Positions 31,011-42,732 of a stretch of 64,000 nt of DNA are shown here, in pieces. The position numbers and the translations under genes are program-made. The notes beneath the pieces were generated by a model, which was not told where the DNA came from, ran no database searches, and saw only the letters and a list, made by a program, of their open reading frames with translations. The stretch lies in assembly GCA_963695225.1 (NCBI GenBank), contig OY968762.1, positions 1,056,001 to 1,120,000 on the forward strand, given 5' to 3'. The DNA comes from Vulcanimicrobiota bacterium (GTDB lineage Bacteria > Vulcanimicrobiota > Vulcanimicrobiia > Vulcanimicrobiales > Vulcanimicrobiaceae). Within the stretch, counting starts at the first letter, position 1, and every line of letters starts with the position of its first letter.

Positions 31011-32537
31011 ATGTATCTCGATCGCATCAGACTAAAGTCGCTGTGGGGCAAGGTTACGAGCGCGGATGAAGCCGCACAGTGGATTCGCAACGGGATGACG
31101 GTCGGTATCAGCGGATTCACGCGCTCCGGCGATGCGAAAGCGGTCCCGCTCGCACTCGCCGAGCGCGCTGCAAGCGAGGAATTGAAGATCACGTTGATGA
31201 CGGGCGCCTCGCTCGGCAACGACGTCGACCGAATCCTCACCGAGGCGGGCGTGCTCGCGCGCCGTCTCCCTTTTCAGGCCGATCCGGTATTGCGCCGGGC
31301 GATCAACGACGGAAAGGTCATGTTCGTCGACCAGCACTTGAGCGAGACCGTCGAGTTGTTGCGCAGCCGCCAGATGGGGCCGATCGACGTCGCGATCATC
31401 GAGGCCGTCGCGATCACCGAGGACGGCGGCATCGTGCCGACGACCTCCGTCGGGAACTCTGCGACCTTCGGGATCTTGGCCGAGAAGGTGATCGTCGAGA
31501 TCAACCTCTCGCAACCGGCGGAACTCGAAGGCATGCACGACATCTACATCCCGACGCGCCGCCCCTTCCGCGAGCCGATACCCGTCGTCGCTCCTGAAAG
31601 CCGCGTCGGCCTGCCCTACATCCCGATCGATCCGAGCAAGATCGCCGCGGTCGTCATCACGCAGAAGCTCGACTCGTCGGCGAGCGTCCTGCCTGCCGAC
31701 GCCGAGACCGATAGGATCGCGGGGCACCTCATCGAGTTCCTGAACCACGAAGTGCGCCGGGGCCGCATGAACCGCACGCTCCAGCCGCTTCAAGCCGGCA
31801 TCGGCACGATCGCGAACGCGGTTATGCACGGGCTCATGGATAGCCCATTCCACGATCTCAAGATGTACTCCGAGGTGCTGCAGGACAGCACGTTCGAACT
31901 GTTCGATGCCGGGAAACTGACGTTCGCCTCGGGCTCCTCGATCACGTTGTCGGAGAGCAAGTACGACGAAGTCATCCCCGCGATCGCCCGATACAAGAGC
32001 AGGCTCGTCTTGCGGCCGCAGGAGATCAGCAACCATCCCGAAGTGATCAGGCGCCTCGGCTTGCTCTGCGTCAACACCGCGCTCGAGTGCGACATCTACG
32101 GGAACGTGAACTCCACGCACGTGGGCGGCACGCACCTCATGAACGGCATCGGCGGCTCGGGGGATTTTGCGCGCAACGCCTCGATCGCGTTCTTCGTGAC
32201 GAAATCGCTCGCGAAAGACGGCGACATCAGCAGCGTCGTCCCGATGGTGACGCACGTCGACCACAACGAGCACGACGTGGACGTGATCGTCACCGAGATA
32301 GGACTCGCCGATCTGCGCGGTCTCGCGCCGCGCGAGCGCGCACGCAAGATCATCGCGAATTGCGTCCATCCGCTCTACCGGGACCGCTTGGCGGACTACT
32401 TCGAGCGCGCTTCGCGGCGCGGCGGGCACACGCCGCAGTTGCTCGAGGAGGCGTTTTCGTGGCATCTTGATTACACGCGATACGGAACGATGCGCCGGCA
32501 GGGCGGCATCCCCGAGCCGATCCCGGCCGCGCCCTAG
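31011..32537 (+). CDS. Acetyl-CoA hydrolase / succinate CoA-transferase
   Basis: SGFT, DQHLS, LQAGIG, SEVLQD, MNGIGGSGDF. Confidence 0.9.
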   Translation: MYLDRIRLKSLWGKVTSADEAAQWIRNGMTVGISGFTRSGDAKAVPLALAERAASEELKITLMTGASLGNDVDRILTEAGVLARRLPFQADPVLRRAINDGKVMFVDQHLSETVELLRSRQMGPIDVAIIEAVAITEDGGIVPTTSVGNSATFGILAEKVIVEINLSQPAELEGMHDIYIPTRRPFREPIPVVAPESRVGLPYIPIDPSKIAAVVITQKLDSSASVLPADAETDRIAGHLIEFLNHEVRRGRMNRTLQPLQAGIGTIANAVMHGLMDSPFHDLKMYSEVLQDSTFELFDAGKLTFASGSSITLSESKYDEVIPAIARYKSRLVLRPQEISNHPEVIRRLGLLCVNTALECDIYGNVNSTHVGGTHLMNGIGGSGDFARNASIAFFVTKSLAKDGDISSVVPMVTHVDHNEHDVDVIVTEIGLADLRGLAPRERARKIIANCVHPLYRDRLADYFERASRRGGHTPQLLEEAFSWHLDYTRYGTMRRQGGIPEPIPAAP

Positions 32538-32549
32538 GAGTTGCCGAAG

Positions 32550-33209
32550 ATGCCCGGTCTGAATATGAAAGAGCCCGTGAACGCCTGGACCCACCTGGTG
32601 GCCTGCGCCGCCGCCTTCGTGGGGCTCGTGTTCCTGGTCGTGCGCGCGTGGGGAAACGTCCCGAAGCTGACGGTCATGCTCGTCTACGGCCTCAGCGCGG
32701 TCGCGCTGTTCGGCGCGAGCACGCTGTATCATTGGCTGAAGGCGTCGCCCAAGGTCGAGCTGCTCCTAAAGAGAGTCGACCACTCGGCGATCTACCTCAT
32801 GATCGCCGGCTCCGCCACGCCCGTCTTCTATTACGGCCTCGATAGTGCGTGGCGCACCACGATGATCGCGGCGATGTGGGGCCTCGCCGCCGCCGGGATC
32901 CTCGTGAAAGTGTGGTTCATCCGGTTGCCGCGCTCGATTTCGACCGCGTTCTACCTCGCGATGGGCTGGATCGCGGTGGTCCCGTTCGTCAAACTGCTCC
33001 ACACGCTGCCGCCCGTCGTGCTCGTCCTGCTGGCCGCCGGCGGCGTCTTCTACACGATCGGCGCGGTCATTTACGCGACCAAGCGCCTGGACTTCTTCCC
33101 GAACCGCTTCGGATTCCACGAGATCTTCCACCTGTTCGTCGTGGCCGGCGGGGCGGCGCACTATGCGATGATCGCGCTTCTCGTGCCTTTGGAACCGATC
33201 GCCCGGTAA
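32550..33209 (+). CDS. Hemolysin III / PAQR family membrane protein
   Basis: [31 protein letters not shown]. Confidence 0.88.
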   Translation: MPGLNMKEPVNAWTHLVACAAAFVGLVFLVVRAWGNVPKLTVMLVYGLSAVALFGASTLYHWLKASPKVELLLKRVDHSAIYLMIAGSATPVFYYGLDSAWRTTMIAAMWGLAAAGILVKVWFIRLPRSISTAFYLAMGWIAVVPFVKLLHTLPPVVLVLLAAGGVFYTIGAVIYATKRLDFFPNRFGFHEIFHLFVVAGGAAHYAMIALLVPLEPIAR

Positions 33210-33261
33210 CTTCGCCACGCCTTTTGCGGCTTCTCAGGGTGCGGTATACTTATTCCATGCA

Positions 33262-33582
33262 TTGTTTCAAAGCGAGACCGCTATAGCCGCTCGCGGCTCC
33301 AATAACCGCCCCCGCCCGCTCGCGGAAGTCTCGAAAGAGGCCCCGCTCGAGCTCTTCGGCACCATCAAGCAGGTGTTCCCGAGCACGACCTTCGCGGTCG
33401 AACTCGAGAACGGTCAGACGATCCTCGCCCATATCGCCGGACGCTTGCGCCGCCACCGGATCAAGATTCTCCCCGGCGACCGGGTCGATCTCGAAATGTC
33501 GCCGTACGACCTGACGAAGGGGCGCATCGTCTACCGCTACCGCGCCGGCGAAGCTCGCCGCTCCTCCTCCTTCTCGAACTAG
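33262..33582 (+). CDS. infA: Translation initiation factor IF-1 (start uncertain)
   Basis: [15 protein letters not shown]...[25 protein letters not shown]. Confidence 0.92.
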   Translation: MFQSETAIAARGSNNRPRPLAEVSKEAPLELFGTIKQVFPSTTFAVELENGQTILAHIAGRLRRHRIKILPGDRVDLEMSPYDLTKGRIVYRYRAGEARRSSSFSN

Positions 33583-33599
33583 GAGAAGCGCGCTGGGCC

Positions 33600-33956
33600 T
33601 CAGGGGCCCTTGTTCAGCTTCTCGAGGTGGGTCTGGGCAGTCTCCATCGCCATCTTGGCATGGGTCTTCATCGCGGCATCCTTCCCGCAGCTCATCTCGT
33701 ACTTCGCGGCGGCGACCGTGAGCTTGTCAGCGTGCAGCATCAGTTCGCGTGCCATGACGTCGGCGCTCGCCGACATCGATTTCGCGGTGTCGATGCCGCT
33801 CGTATCGTGGAGCGCGGTCATGGCGCTCGTTTGCAGCGTGCCGCAATCCTTCATCATGCTCTCGCCGCTCATGCTCTGGGCACTGGCGGCCGTACCCCAG
33901 ATTGAAGCGAGTGCCAGGGCGGTGCCGAGCGCGATCGTTGGGACGATTCTCATCAT
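33600..33956 (-). CDS. Secreted Met-rich helical protein (possibly DUF305/CopM-like)
   Basis: Signal peptide ending ASA-Q; many Met plus His and 2 Cys; GAGGAG RBS. Confidence 0.6.
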   Translation of the reverse strand: MMRIVPTIALGTALALASIWGTAASAQSMSGESMMKDCGTLQTSAMTALHDTSGIDTAKSMSASADVMARELMLHADKLTVAAAKYEMSCGKDAAMKTHAKMAMETAQTHLEKLNKGP

Positions 33957-34308
33957 GTGAACTCCTCAGGTCCGTTGGAACGTCGTGGCAAACGCCACGC
34001 GCTCACTCTAACCCGGCGCGGCGGAAAGCGCGGTAAGGTTCCTTACCATCGGACGGGCGGCTTCGGCGAGCGCGCTCAGCGCGTCCGAAACAGCGGCTTC
34101 ATCGAACGGACGCCCATCGCGAGCGTGAGAACCGACGCCGGCGAGTACCGCCATGAGAAGCGAGGCTTCATCCTGTCACTGCATGCGGCCGGCGCCGCAT
34201 GCTGATTGCGATCGTGACCACGCCTTGCCCCGCAGGCAAGCCTAGCTCCGGATCCGTGAGATCGGCGGATCCCGACGGTGCGCGGCTCCGCCCAGGCGGC
34301 GCTAGATA

Positions 34309-34536
34309 TCAGTAGTGGAAATAGAGCGCGAGGCCGGCCAAGGTCACGAAGAACACGACGAGCGCGAAGGCGGCCGCGACGACGATCCGAAGCGTCCCCG
34401 CCGCGTCGAACGAACTCTGCCGCGCCGGCCTTTCCTGCCGGGGTGCGGGCTCGTGCCCCTTGTGGACCACGTGCGGTTGCGGACGAACCGCCTTGAGGTC
34501 ATCAACGAAACTCGCCAAATCGCGGTCAGTCTTCAA
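34309..34536 (-). CDS. Small hypothetical protein with C-terminal TM helix
   Basis: Hydrophobic C-terminus; GAGG upstream of TTG; AT-rich promoter-like region upstream. Confidence 0.5.
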   Translation of the reverse strand: MKTDRDLASFVDDLKAVRPQPHVVHKGHEPAPRQERPARQSSFDAAGTLRIVVAAAFALVVFFVTLAGLALYFHY

Positions 34537-34681
34537 CGATCACTGCCTCGGGGTCGCACTGCATTATTAACATTCATAATACAGGGCCCGAGGCACTCCA
34601 AGAAGGCCGCGTCGTCCCCACAACCAGGGAAAAACGGCGCCTCCCTTGGTCCGATGGTCCCGGGCGAAACGACGCTTCGAG

Positions 34682-34942
34682 CTAGCTTCCGCCCAGCTTC
34701 TTCACGCGCTCGCCGAGTTCGGCGTTCAAGAGTTCCTTGATCGCCGCCGGATTCTGGAGCATCGAGGCCATGTTGTGCATCGCCACTAAGATGGCGATCT
34801 CTTGCACCGTTGGGTCGAGCGGCTCGTAGCGCGTCGGCAGCGCGCCCCACATCGATTTCCAGCCGTTCAACGGGGACAAGAAGAGCGACTGCAGTTCCGC
34901 GAATTGCGCCATCGGATTGAACAGATCGGGTTGTTCGGGCAT
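34682..34942 (-). CDS. Small hypothetical protein
   Basis: GGAGG 7 nt before ATG; host-like codon usage. Confidence 0.6.
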   Translation of the reverse strand: MPEQPDLFNPMAQFAELQSLFLSPLNGWKSMWGALPTRYEPLDPTVQEIAILVAMHNMASMLQNPAAIKELLNAELGERVKKLGGS

Positions 34943-35116
34943 CGAGAATCCTCCAAGCAACGCGATTGCTACGCTTGCAGCCGCCTTCCTCTCCCGCGAG
35001 CGGGACGGAGCGCCTCACGCGCCGGGCGAGGAGCCGCAAGCGCCGCGAAGTATAACGCATCAACGCGGCACGCCTCGAGTCTGGCCCACGGCGATCGGGC
35101 CGCAGAGAAGGACGCG

Positions 35117-36118
35117 ATGGATCTCCAAACCACGTACATGGGCTTGCGCCTGCGCAGCCCGCTCGTTGCCTCCGCTTCGCCGTTGACGGCATCGCTCGCG
35201 AACATCGTCAAGCTCGCGGACTGCGGTGCCGGGGCCGTCGTCCTCCCCTCGATCTTCCAAGAGCAGATCGAGAGCGAACGCGACGATCTCGAGCGGCGCA
35301 GCGCGATCGGGAGCGAGAGTTCCCCCGAGGCGCTCAGCTACTTCCCGAGCCGCGACGCCTACGCGGTCGGCACGCGGCGCTATCTGGAGCTGATCCGGCG
35401 CGCCCGCGCCGCGGTCGACATCCCGATCGTCGCCAGCTTGAACGGGACGACGAACGAGGGCTGGATCGACTTCGCCGAACAGATCGAAGACGCGGGCGCG
35501 AACGCACTCGAACTGAACGTCTACTTCATTCCGGCGGATATCGCGTTGAGCGGGCACGACGTCGAGCAACGATACCTCGACATCCTCCAGGCCGTGCGGC
35601 GAGCCGTGCGCATCCCGCTCGCCGTGAAACTAAGCCCATTCTTCAGCGCGCCCGGCGCATTCGCGCGCCGGCTCCAAGATGGGGGAGCCGACGCGCTCGT
35701 TCTGTTCAACCGCTTCTACCAGCCGGATATCGATCTCGCGAGCCTCTCGATCCGTAACGATTTAGAGCTGAGTTCACGGCACGAAATCCGCTTGCCGCTC
35801 CTGTGGATCGCCATCCTCGCCGGGCGCATGAACCTCTCGCTCGCGGCGACGACGGGCGTCGAGAGCGCGGAGGAGGTCGCGAAGTACTTGCTCGCGGGCG
35901 CCGATGTCGTGATGACGGCGTCTTCGCTGCTGCGCGGCGGCGTGGAGCACATGACGACGCTCGTGCAAGGGCTCGAAGCGTGGCTCGCCGCGCGATCGTT
36001 CACCTCGCTCGCGCAGGTTCGAGGCCTGCTCAGCCAAGAGCGGATCGCCGACCCTACCGCGTTCGAACGAGCGAATTACATCCAGGTCTTGCAGAGCTAC
36101 GCGATCACCGGCGTTTGA
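35117..36118 (+). CDS. Dihydroorotate dehydrogenase-like FMN protein
   Basis: MDLQTTYMGL..SPLVASASP, LPSIFQEQI, VKLSPFFS, LFNRFYQPDID, FERANY. Confidence 0.85.
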   Translation: MDLQTTYMGLRLRSPLVASASPLTASLANIVKLADCGAGAVVLPSIFQEQIESERDDLERRSAIGSESSPEALSYFPSRDAYAVGTRRYLELIRRARAAVDIPIVASLNGTTNEGWIDFAEQIEDAGANALELNVYFIPADIALSGHDVEQRYLDILQAVRRAVRIPLAVKLSPFFSAPGAFARRLQDGGADALVLFNRFYQPDIDLASLSIRNDLELSSRHEIRLPLLWIAILAGRMNLSLAATTGVESAEEVAKYLLAGADVVMTASSLLRGGVEHMTTLVQGLEAWLAARSFTSLAQVRGLLSQERIADPTAFERANYIQVLQSYAITGV

Positions 36119-37691
36119 GCATCTCGCGCGCCGCGTTCCAGCCCGGCGCGCCCATCACGCCGCCGCCGGGATGCGCGGCCGATCCGCACAGATAGAGGCG
36201 GTTGATCGGAGTCCGGTACCCGGCGTAGCCCGGCACCGGCCGGAATGCGAACAGATTGCTCAGTCCCATCGCGCCTTGGAAGATGTTCCCGCCCGTCAGG
36301 TTGAACGTTCGCTCGAGATCGACGGGGCTCAACACTTGACGGTCGATCACCGATGCCGTGAAGCCGGGCGCGTAGCGCTCGACGATCGCGAAGCACGAAT
36401 CGGCAAACGCGTTCTTGGCCGCATCGTCCCACGCGCCGTCCGCGAGCGCGTACGGCGCATACTGGCAGAACATCGACATCAGGTGTTTCCCCGGCGGCGC
36501 GACCGAAGGGTCGACGGACGAGGGGATCGTGCATTCGACGACCGGCTCGCGCGAAGGGCGGCCGTATTTCGCGTCGTCGTAGCCGCGTTCGATGAAGTCC
36601 TGATTCGGGCAGAGATGGATCGTGCCGCGATGCTGAGGCCCCGGCGCCGAGCCGGGAGCCGCCGTGAAATCGGGGAGCGCCGAAAGCGCGACGTTGATCT
36701 TCGCCGAGGCGCTGCCGTAATCGATCCGCTTGATTTCGGCGAGGAAATCCGCGGGCAACTCCGAGGGATCCAGATACGTCTCGAACGTGAGGCGGCAATC
36801 GACGCTGCTCGCGACGTTGCGCGCGCGCACCTCGTCCCCGTTCGCCAACACGACGCCGTACGCGGTCCCGTTTTGCACGAGGATCCGCCGAACTTCCGCT
36901 TCGGTCCGGATCTCGACGCCGAGATCGAGCGCCGCTTTCGCAAGCGCCTGCGTGAGGCCGCCCATCCCGCCTTTCACGTAGCTCCACACGCCGCGCGCGC
37001 CGTTCGTCTCGCCCATGACGTGATGGAAGAGCACGTAGGCCGTCCCCGGCATCGAGGGCGCGGCGAACGCCCCGATGATCGCGTCGGTTGCGAGCGTCGC
37101 CTTCAGTTCCTCGGATTCGAACCAGCGATCGAGGATCGGCCGCGCCGCGCCCGTCAACACCTCGACCGCCTCGCCCATCGCGCCGTCGAGATCCGTGAAG
37201 CGCCGGCCGAGCCCGATGAGCCCGAGCAGATCGGAAGGGCCCGTATTGCGCAGGTTCGGCGGCGTCTGCGTGAGCGTCGGCTCGATGACGCGGGCGACCC
37301 GCTCGAGCATTTCCACGTACTTCGGGTATCTCTCCGCGTCCGCGGCGCTGAACTTCGCGATCTCGCGCAGGTTCGCGGCCTCGTCCGGACCTAGAAACAG
37401 CGCACGGCCGTCCTCGAACGGAGAGAAGGACGACGGGTTTCGCTCGACCGTTTCGAAGCCGTATTCGCGCAATCCGAGATCCCAGATGATCTCGGGGCGG
37501 AACAGGCTGTTGACGTATGCCGCGGTCGACACCTTGAAACCGGGGAAGACGTTCTCTTCGGTGACGCACGCCCCGCCCACGATGTAGCGCCGTTCGAGGA
37601 CGAGCACCTTCCACTTCGCGCGAGCGAGGTAGCACGCCGCTACGAGGCCGTTGTGCCCGCCCCCGATGATGACGGCGTCGTAGAGTGCCAT
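36105..37691 (-). CDS. Phytoene-dehydrogenase-like FAD oxidoreductase (PYROXD2-like)
   Basis: IIGGGHNGLV, GGACVTEE, GGMG, GGNIFQG, HPGGGVMGAPG. Confidence 0.85.
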   Translation of the reverse strand: MALYDAVIIGGGHNGLVAACYLARAKWKVLVLERRYIVGGACVTEENVFPGFKVSTAAYVNSLFRPEIIWDLGLREYGFETVERNPSSFSPFEDGRALFLGPDEAANLREIAKFSAADAERYPKYVEMLERVARVIEPTLTQTPPNLRNTGPSDLLGLIGLGRRFTDLDGAMGEAVEVLTGAARPILDRWFESEELKATLATDAIIGAFAAPSMPGTAYVLFHHVMGETNGARGVWSYVKGGMGGLTQALAKAALDLGVEIRTEAEVRRILVQNGTAYGVVLANGDEVRARNVASSVDCRLTFETYLDPSELPADFLAEIKRIDYGSASAKINVALSALPDFTAAPGSAPGPQHRGTIHLCPNQDFIERGYDDAKYGRPSREPVVECTIPSSVDPSVAPPGKHLMSMFCQYAPYALADGAWDDAAKNAFADSCFAIVERYAPGFTASVIDRQVLSPVDLERTFNLTGGNIFQGAMGLSNLFAFRPVPGYAGYRTPINRLYLCGSAAHPGGGVMGAPGWNAAREMLKRR

Positions 37692-37711
37692 GCGCGGCTC
37701 GTGCCTCCGCC

Positions 37712-38896
37712 TCAGAGCCGCTCGAAGATCCCCGCGATCCCCTGCCCGCCGCCGATGCACATCGTGACGAGCGCGTACCGCCCGCCGGTGCGGCGCAGTT
37801 CGTAGATCGCCTTGAGCGTCAGGATGCAGCCCGTCGCACCGATCGGGTGGCCGAGCGCGATCGCGCCGCCGTTCGGGTTGAGCTTGACCGGATCGAACCC
37901 GAGTTCACCCGCGACCGCGCACGCTTGTGCAGCGAACGCCTCGTTCGATTCGATCACGTCGATGTCATCGAGTGTGAGCCCCGCGCGCTGCAAGGCGTTC
38001 CGTACGGCCGGAATCGGACCGATGCCCATGATCTTCGAATCGACGCCGGAGTGCCCGTACGCCACGAGGCGCGCGAGCGGCTGGTGTCCGGCACGTTCGG
38101 CGACGCCGGCTTCCATCAACACGACGGCTGCGGCGGCATCGTTGATCCCCGAAGCGTTCCCGGCCGTGACGGTCCCATCCGGTTTGAAGACGGTGCGCAA
38201 CTTCGCGAGCGCCTCGGCCGTCGTCTCGGCGCGCACGTGCTCGTCGGTATCGAAGAGCACCGGCCCCTTCTTCGTCTTCAGCTCGACGGGGACGATCTGC
38301 TCCTTGAAACGCCCCTCCGCGATCGCGCGCGCCGCACGCCGCTGACTTTCGAGCGCGAGCGCGTCCTGCTGCTCGCGCGTGATGCCGTACTTCGCCGCGA
38401 CGTTCTCCGCCGTGACGCCCATGTGGATCGTATCGAACGGATCGGTCAGCGCGCCGACGGTCATGTCGATGTACTCGCCGTTCCCCATGCGCTGCCCCCA
38501 GCGCAGCGCCGGGATCGCGTACGCTCCGCGGCTCATCGATTCCACGCCGCCCGCGACCGCGGTATCGGTATCCCCGACCAGGATCGTCTGAGCCGCGGTC
38601 ACGATCGCCTGGAAGCCGCTCCCGCACAGACGGTTCAGCGTGAACGCGGGGACCTCGTAGGGGAGGCCGCCGTCGATCGCGGCGACCCGCGAAACGTACA
38701 TGTCGCGCGGCTCCGTGTGGATCACGTTGCCGAAGACGACTTGCCCGACGCTCGCCGGGTCGATCCGCGAGCGTTTGACCGCCTCGCGGATGACGATCGC
38801 CCCGAGCTTCGTCGGCGGCGTATCCTTGAGGCTTCCACCATACGTGCCGATCGCGGTCCGCGCACCGCTGACGACGACGACGCTTCGTTCGGACAT
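37712..38896 (-). CDS. Acetyl-CoA C-acyltransferase (thiolase, BktB-like)
   Basis: NRLCGSG, NEAFA, GHPIGATG, MCIGGGQG. Confidence 0.93.
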   Translation of the reverse strand: MSERSVVVVSGARTAIGTYGGSLKDTPPTKLGAIVIREAVKRSRIDPASVGQVVFGNVIHTEPRDMYVSRVAAIDGGLPYEVPAFTLNRLCGSGFQAIVTAAQTILVGDTDTAVAGGVESMSRGAYAIPALRWGQRMGNGEYIDMTVGALTDPFDTIHMGVTAENVAAKYGITREQQDALALESQRRAARAIAEGRFKEQIVPVELKTKKGPVLFDTDEHVRAETTAEALAKLRTVFKPDGTVTAGNASGINDAAAAVVLMEAGVAERAGHQPLARLVAYGHSGVDSKIMGIGPIPAVRNALQRAGLTLDDIDVIESNEAFAAQACAVAGELGFDPVKLNPNGGAIALGHPIGATGCILTLKAIYELRRTGGRYALVTMCIGGGQGIAGIFERL

Positions 38897-38981
38897 GACA
38901 TCTCCTCTTGACGGCGTTTATCGACCCGCCGAGCGCTTCGCTGGGGGCATCGCGCGCCCCCGCGAAGCGAGCCGGGCAGGT

Positions 38982-39902
38982 CTAGAAGACGATCGTCCGC
39001 GGCCCGTTGACCAGCACGCGCTGGGCGACGTGCAGCTTCACGGCACGCGCCAGGACCATCGACTCGATGTCCCTCCCGATGACGACGAGGTCGGAGACGG
39101 TCGCGGCGTGATCGACGCGCGCGACGTCCTGCTCGATGATCGGGCCCTCGTCGAGATCTCCGGTCACGTAGTGCGCCGTCGCGCCGATGATCTTCACGCC
39201 CCGCGCGTGCGCTTGCGCGTAGGGCCGCGCGCCTTTGAAGCTCGGCAAGAACGAATGATGGATGTTGATCGCGCGCCCTGCAAGGACGCGGCAGAGGTCG
39301 TCGGAGAGTACCTGCATGTAGCGCGCCAGCACGACGAGATCGATCCGCTCCCGCTCGAAGATTTCGAGAATCGCCGCTTCCTGCGCAACGCGATTCGCGT
39401 TCGTGACCGGCAGGTAATGGAACGGAACGCCGTAGGCGACCGCGAGATCGCGCAGATCCTCGTGGTTGGAGACGATCGCCGGGATCTCGACGGGCAACTC
39501 GCCGGATCCGTACCGAAAGAGCAGATCGTTCAGGCAATGGCCTTGCCGCGACACGAGCAGCAACAGACGCGGCTTGACGGCCCGGTCCCGGATGCGGAAC
39601 GTCATGCCGAAGCGCTCGGCGACCGGCGCAAACGCGAGCCGAAGCTCGCCGGCGGTGTAACGCCGCTCGCCACGGCCGACGTGCGCGAACGCGACGCGCA
39701 TGAAGAACCGGTTCGCGGGCTCGTCGCCGAACTGGGCGCTATCGATGATATTGCAATGCCGTTCGACGAGGAATCCCGAGACGGCGTGAACGATGCCGAC
39801 GGCGTCTTCGCAGGAGAGGGTCAGAATGAAATCCGAGCCGTGCGGGAGGATCGGGTCGGCTTGCCGGATCGGTCGGTCGGGTGTGATGTCGGATCTCGCT
39901 AT
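38982..39902 (-). CDS. purU: Formyltetrahydrofolate deformylase (start codon unresolved)
   Basis: LARYMQ, INIHHSFLPSFKGA, LDEGPIIEQ; ACT domain FILTLSCEDAVGIVHAVS lies in frame upstream of the ORF-track ATG (39701). Confidence 0.88.
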   Translation of the reverse strand: MARSDITPDRPIRQADPILPHGSDFILTLSCEDAVGIVHAVSGFLVERHCNIIDSAQFGDEPANRFFMRVAFAHVGRGERRYTAGELRLAFAPVAERFGMTFRIRDRAVKPRLLLLVSRQGHCLNDLLFRYGSGELPVEIPAIVSNHEDLRDLAVAYGVPFHYLPVTNANRVAQEAAILEIFERERIDLVVLARYMQVLSDDLCRVLAGRAINIHHSFLPSFKGARPYAQAHARGVKIIGATAHYVTGDLDEGPIIEQDVARVDHAATVSDLVVIGRDIESMVLARAVKLHVAQRVLVNGPRTIVF

Positions 39903-39997
39903 CGGGGAATGCGGATTGGCCGGGACTTCGGGCGCAAGCGCCGCCGGACCTCATCGCCGTTCCAAGGATGCCCCTTCGCACGGCCGAACAGGCGGAT

Positions 39998-40504
39998 ATG
40001 GGAAAAATCGATGGAGCGCTCGGCGCCGTTGAAATCGGCGCAACGGCTCTTTGGGTCGGCGCAAGCGCCGGCTTCGCGTTCGTCAATGCGCCGGTCGCGT
40101 TCAAGCTCGTCACGGACCGCGACGTCTTCGCGGAGATCACCGGGCAGACGCTGGCGCGCCTCGCGTCGCTGACGTACGTCTCCGGCGGCATCGCGGCGGG
40201 CGCGGCGCTCTTGCGCGCGGTCATCAGTCCGGACGCCCGCGCGAGCGACCTCATCCGCGCCGCCGCCGGCGGAACCGCACTCGCCACGGTCGCATATCAC
40301 GAGAGCGCGATCGTCCCCGCGATGGCGGAGGCGCAGAAGGCGATGGGCGGATCCTTCCAGGGCGTAGCCGAGGATGACCCGGCGCGCCTTGCCTACAAGG
40401 ACATGCACGACGTCTCGACGCGCGTCTACGGCAGCGCGCTGCTGCTCGGCGCCGCCGAACTGCTCCTAGCCGCCACACGCCCCCGCCGCACCGCCGCCCA
40501 ATAA
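39998..40504 (+). CDS. DUF4149-like membrane protein
   Basis: LWVGA..GFAFVNAPVAF, IVPAM, MHDVS pattern; 4 TM. Confidence 0.6.
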   Translation: MGKIDGALGAVEIGATALWVGASAGFAFVNAPVAFKLVTDRDVFAEITGQTLARLASLTYVSGGIAAGAALLRAVISPDARASDLIRAAAGGTALATVAYHESAIVPAMAEAQKAMGGSFQGVAEDDPARLAYKDMHDVSTRVYGSALLLGAAELLLAATRPRRTAAQ

Positions 40505-40561
40505 TCTTCCACCCCACCCTCGTCCGGAGCGGAGAGAGCGCAGCCGCCCTTCGACCAGGTA

Positions 40562-40803
40562 GCGGGCGGTGCGGGGCGACGCTCTCCCGCGGGGCGTGCA
40601 GCTTGCCCGCGGAGCCACGATGGCGGGAGCGGAGGGGGCCCCACGCGCTTCGCGTGTGGGGGGCGCGGAGCCGAAGGCGTAGCGCCTTTTCAACTGCCCG
40701 GGGTCCCCGCGATGCGTTAGCATCGTGGGGTGGGAGTAGCGATTTCGCATGGATGCGAAATCGCGGGCGTCCCCGCGGGGGACCGTCGCCCCGCACCGCC
40801 CGC
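40562..40803. repeat. MITE/REP-like structured intergenic element with terminal inverted repeats
   Basis: Perfect 20-bp IR GCGGGCGGTGCGGGGCGACG (40562-40581 / 40784-40803), extending imperfectly inward; several internal hairpins. Confidence 0.65.
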
Positions 40804-40838
40804 GGGGCCAGCGATCAGCCCAACAAGCTGACGCTAGT

Positions 40839-42506
<1,668 letters not shown>

Positions 42507-42732
42507 ACGGCGCACTTACGCGCTGACGCCGCGCGCATCCCGCGAATGAGCAGCGGGCGGCCGGACCGCGCGGCCGGGCGGCGAAGGTTCCGGACCGCGG
42601 GCGAAACCGCATCGCGGGGCGAATGCACGAAGGGGCCCGACCCAGGCGAGCGAAACCCCCGGGGGTACTTTTTGCCGGGCTGGACTCGGAAGCTCCGCTT
42701 TCGACGGCGTGACTCAAGTCGAGGAGAACGCG

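Noticed and set aside
34076..34171. 31-aa minus-strand ORF MKPRFSWRYSPASVLTLAMGVRSMKPLFRTR
   Set aside because: Weak RBS, no recognisable motif; cannot be distinguished from chance.
36105..37691. Carotenoid pathway crtI
   Set aside because: No other crt genes nearby; motifs fit the broad PYROXD2-like oxidoreductase family.
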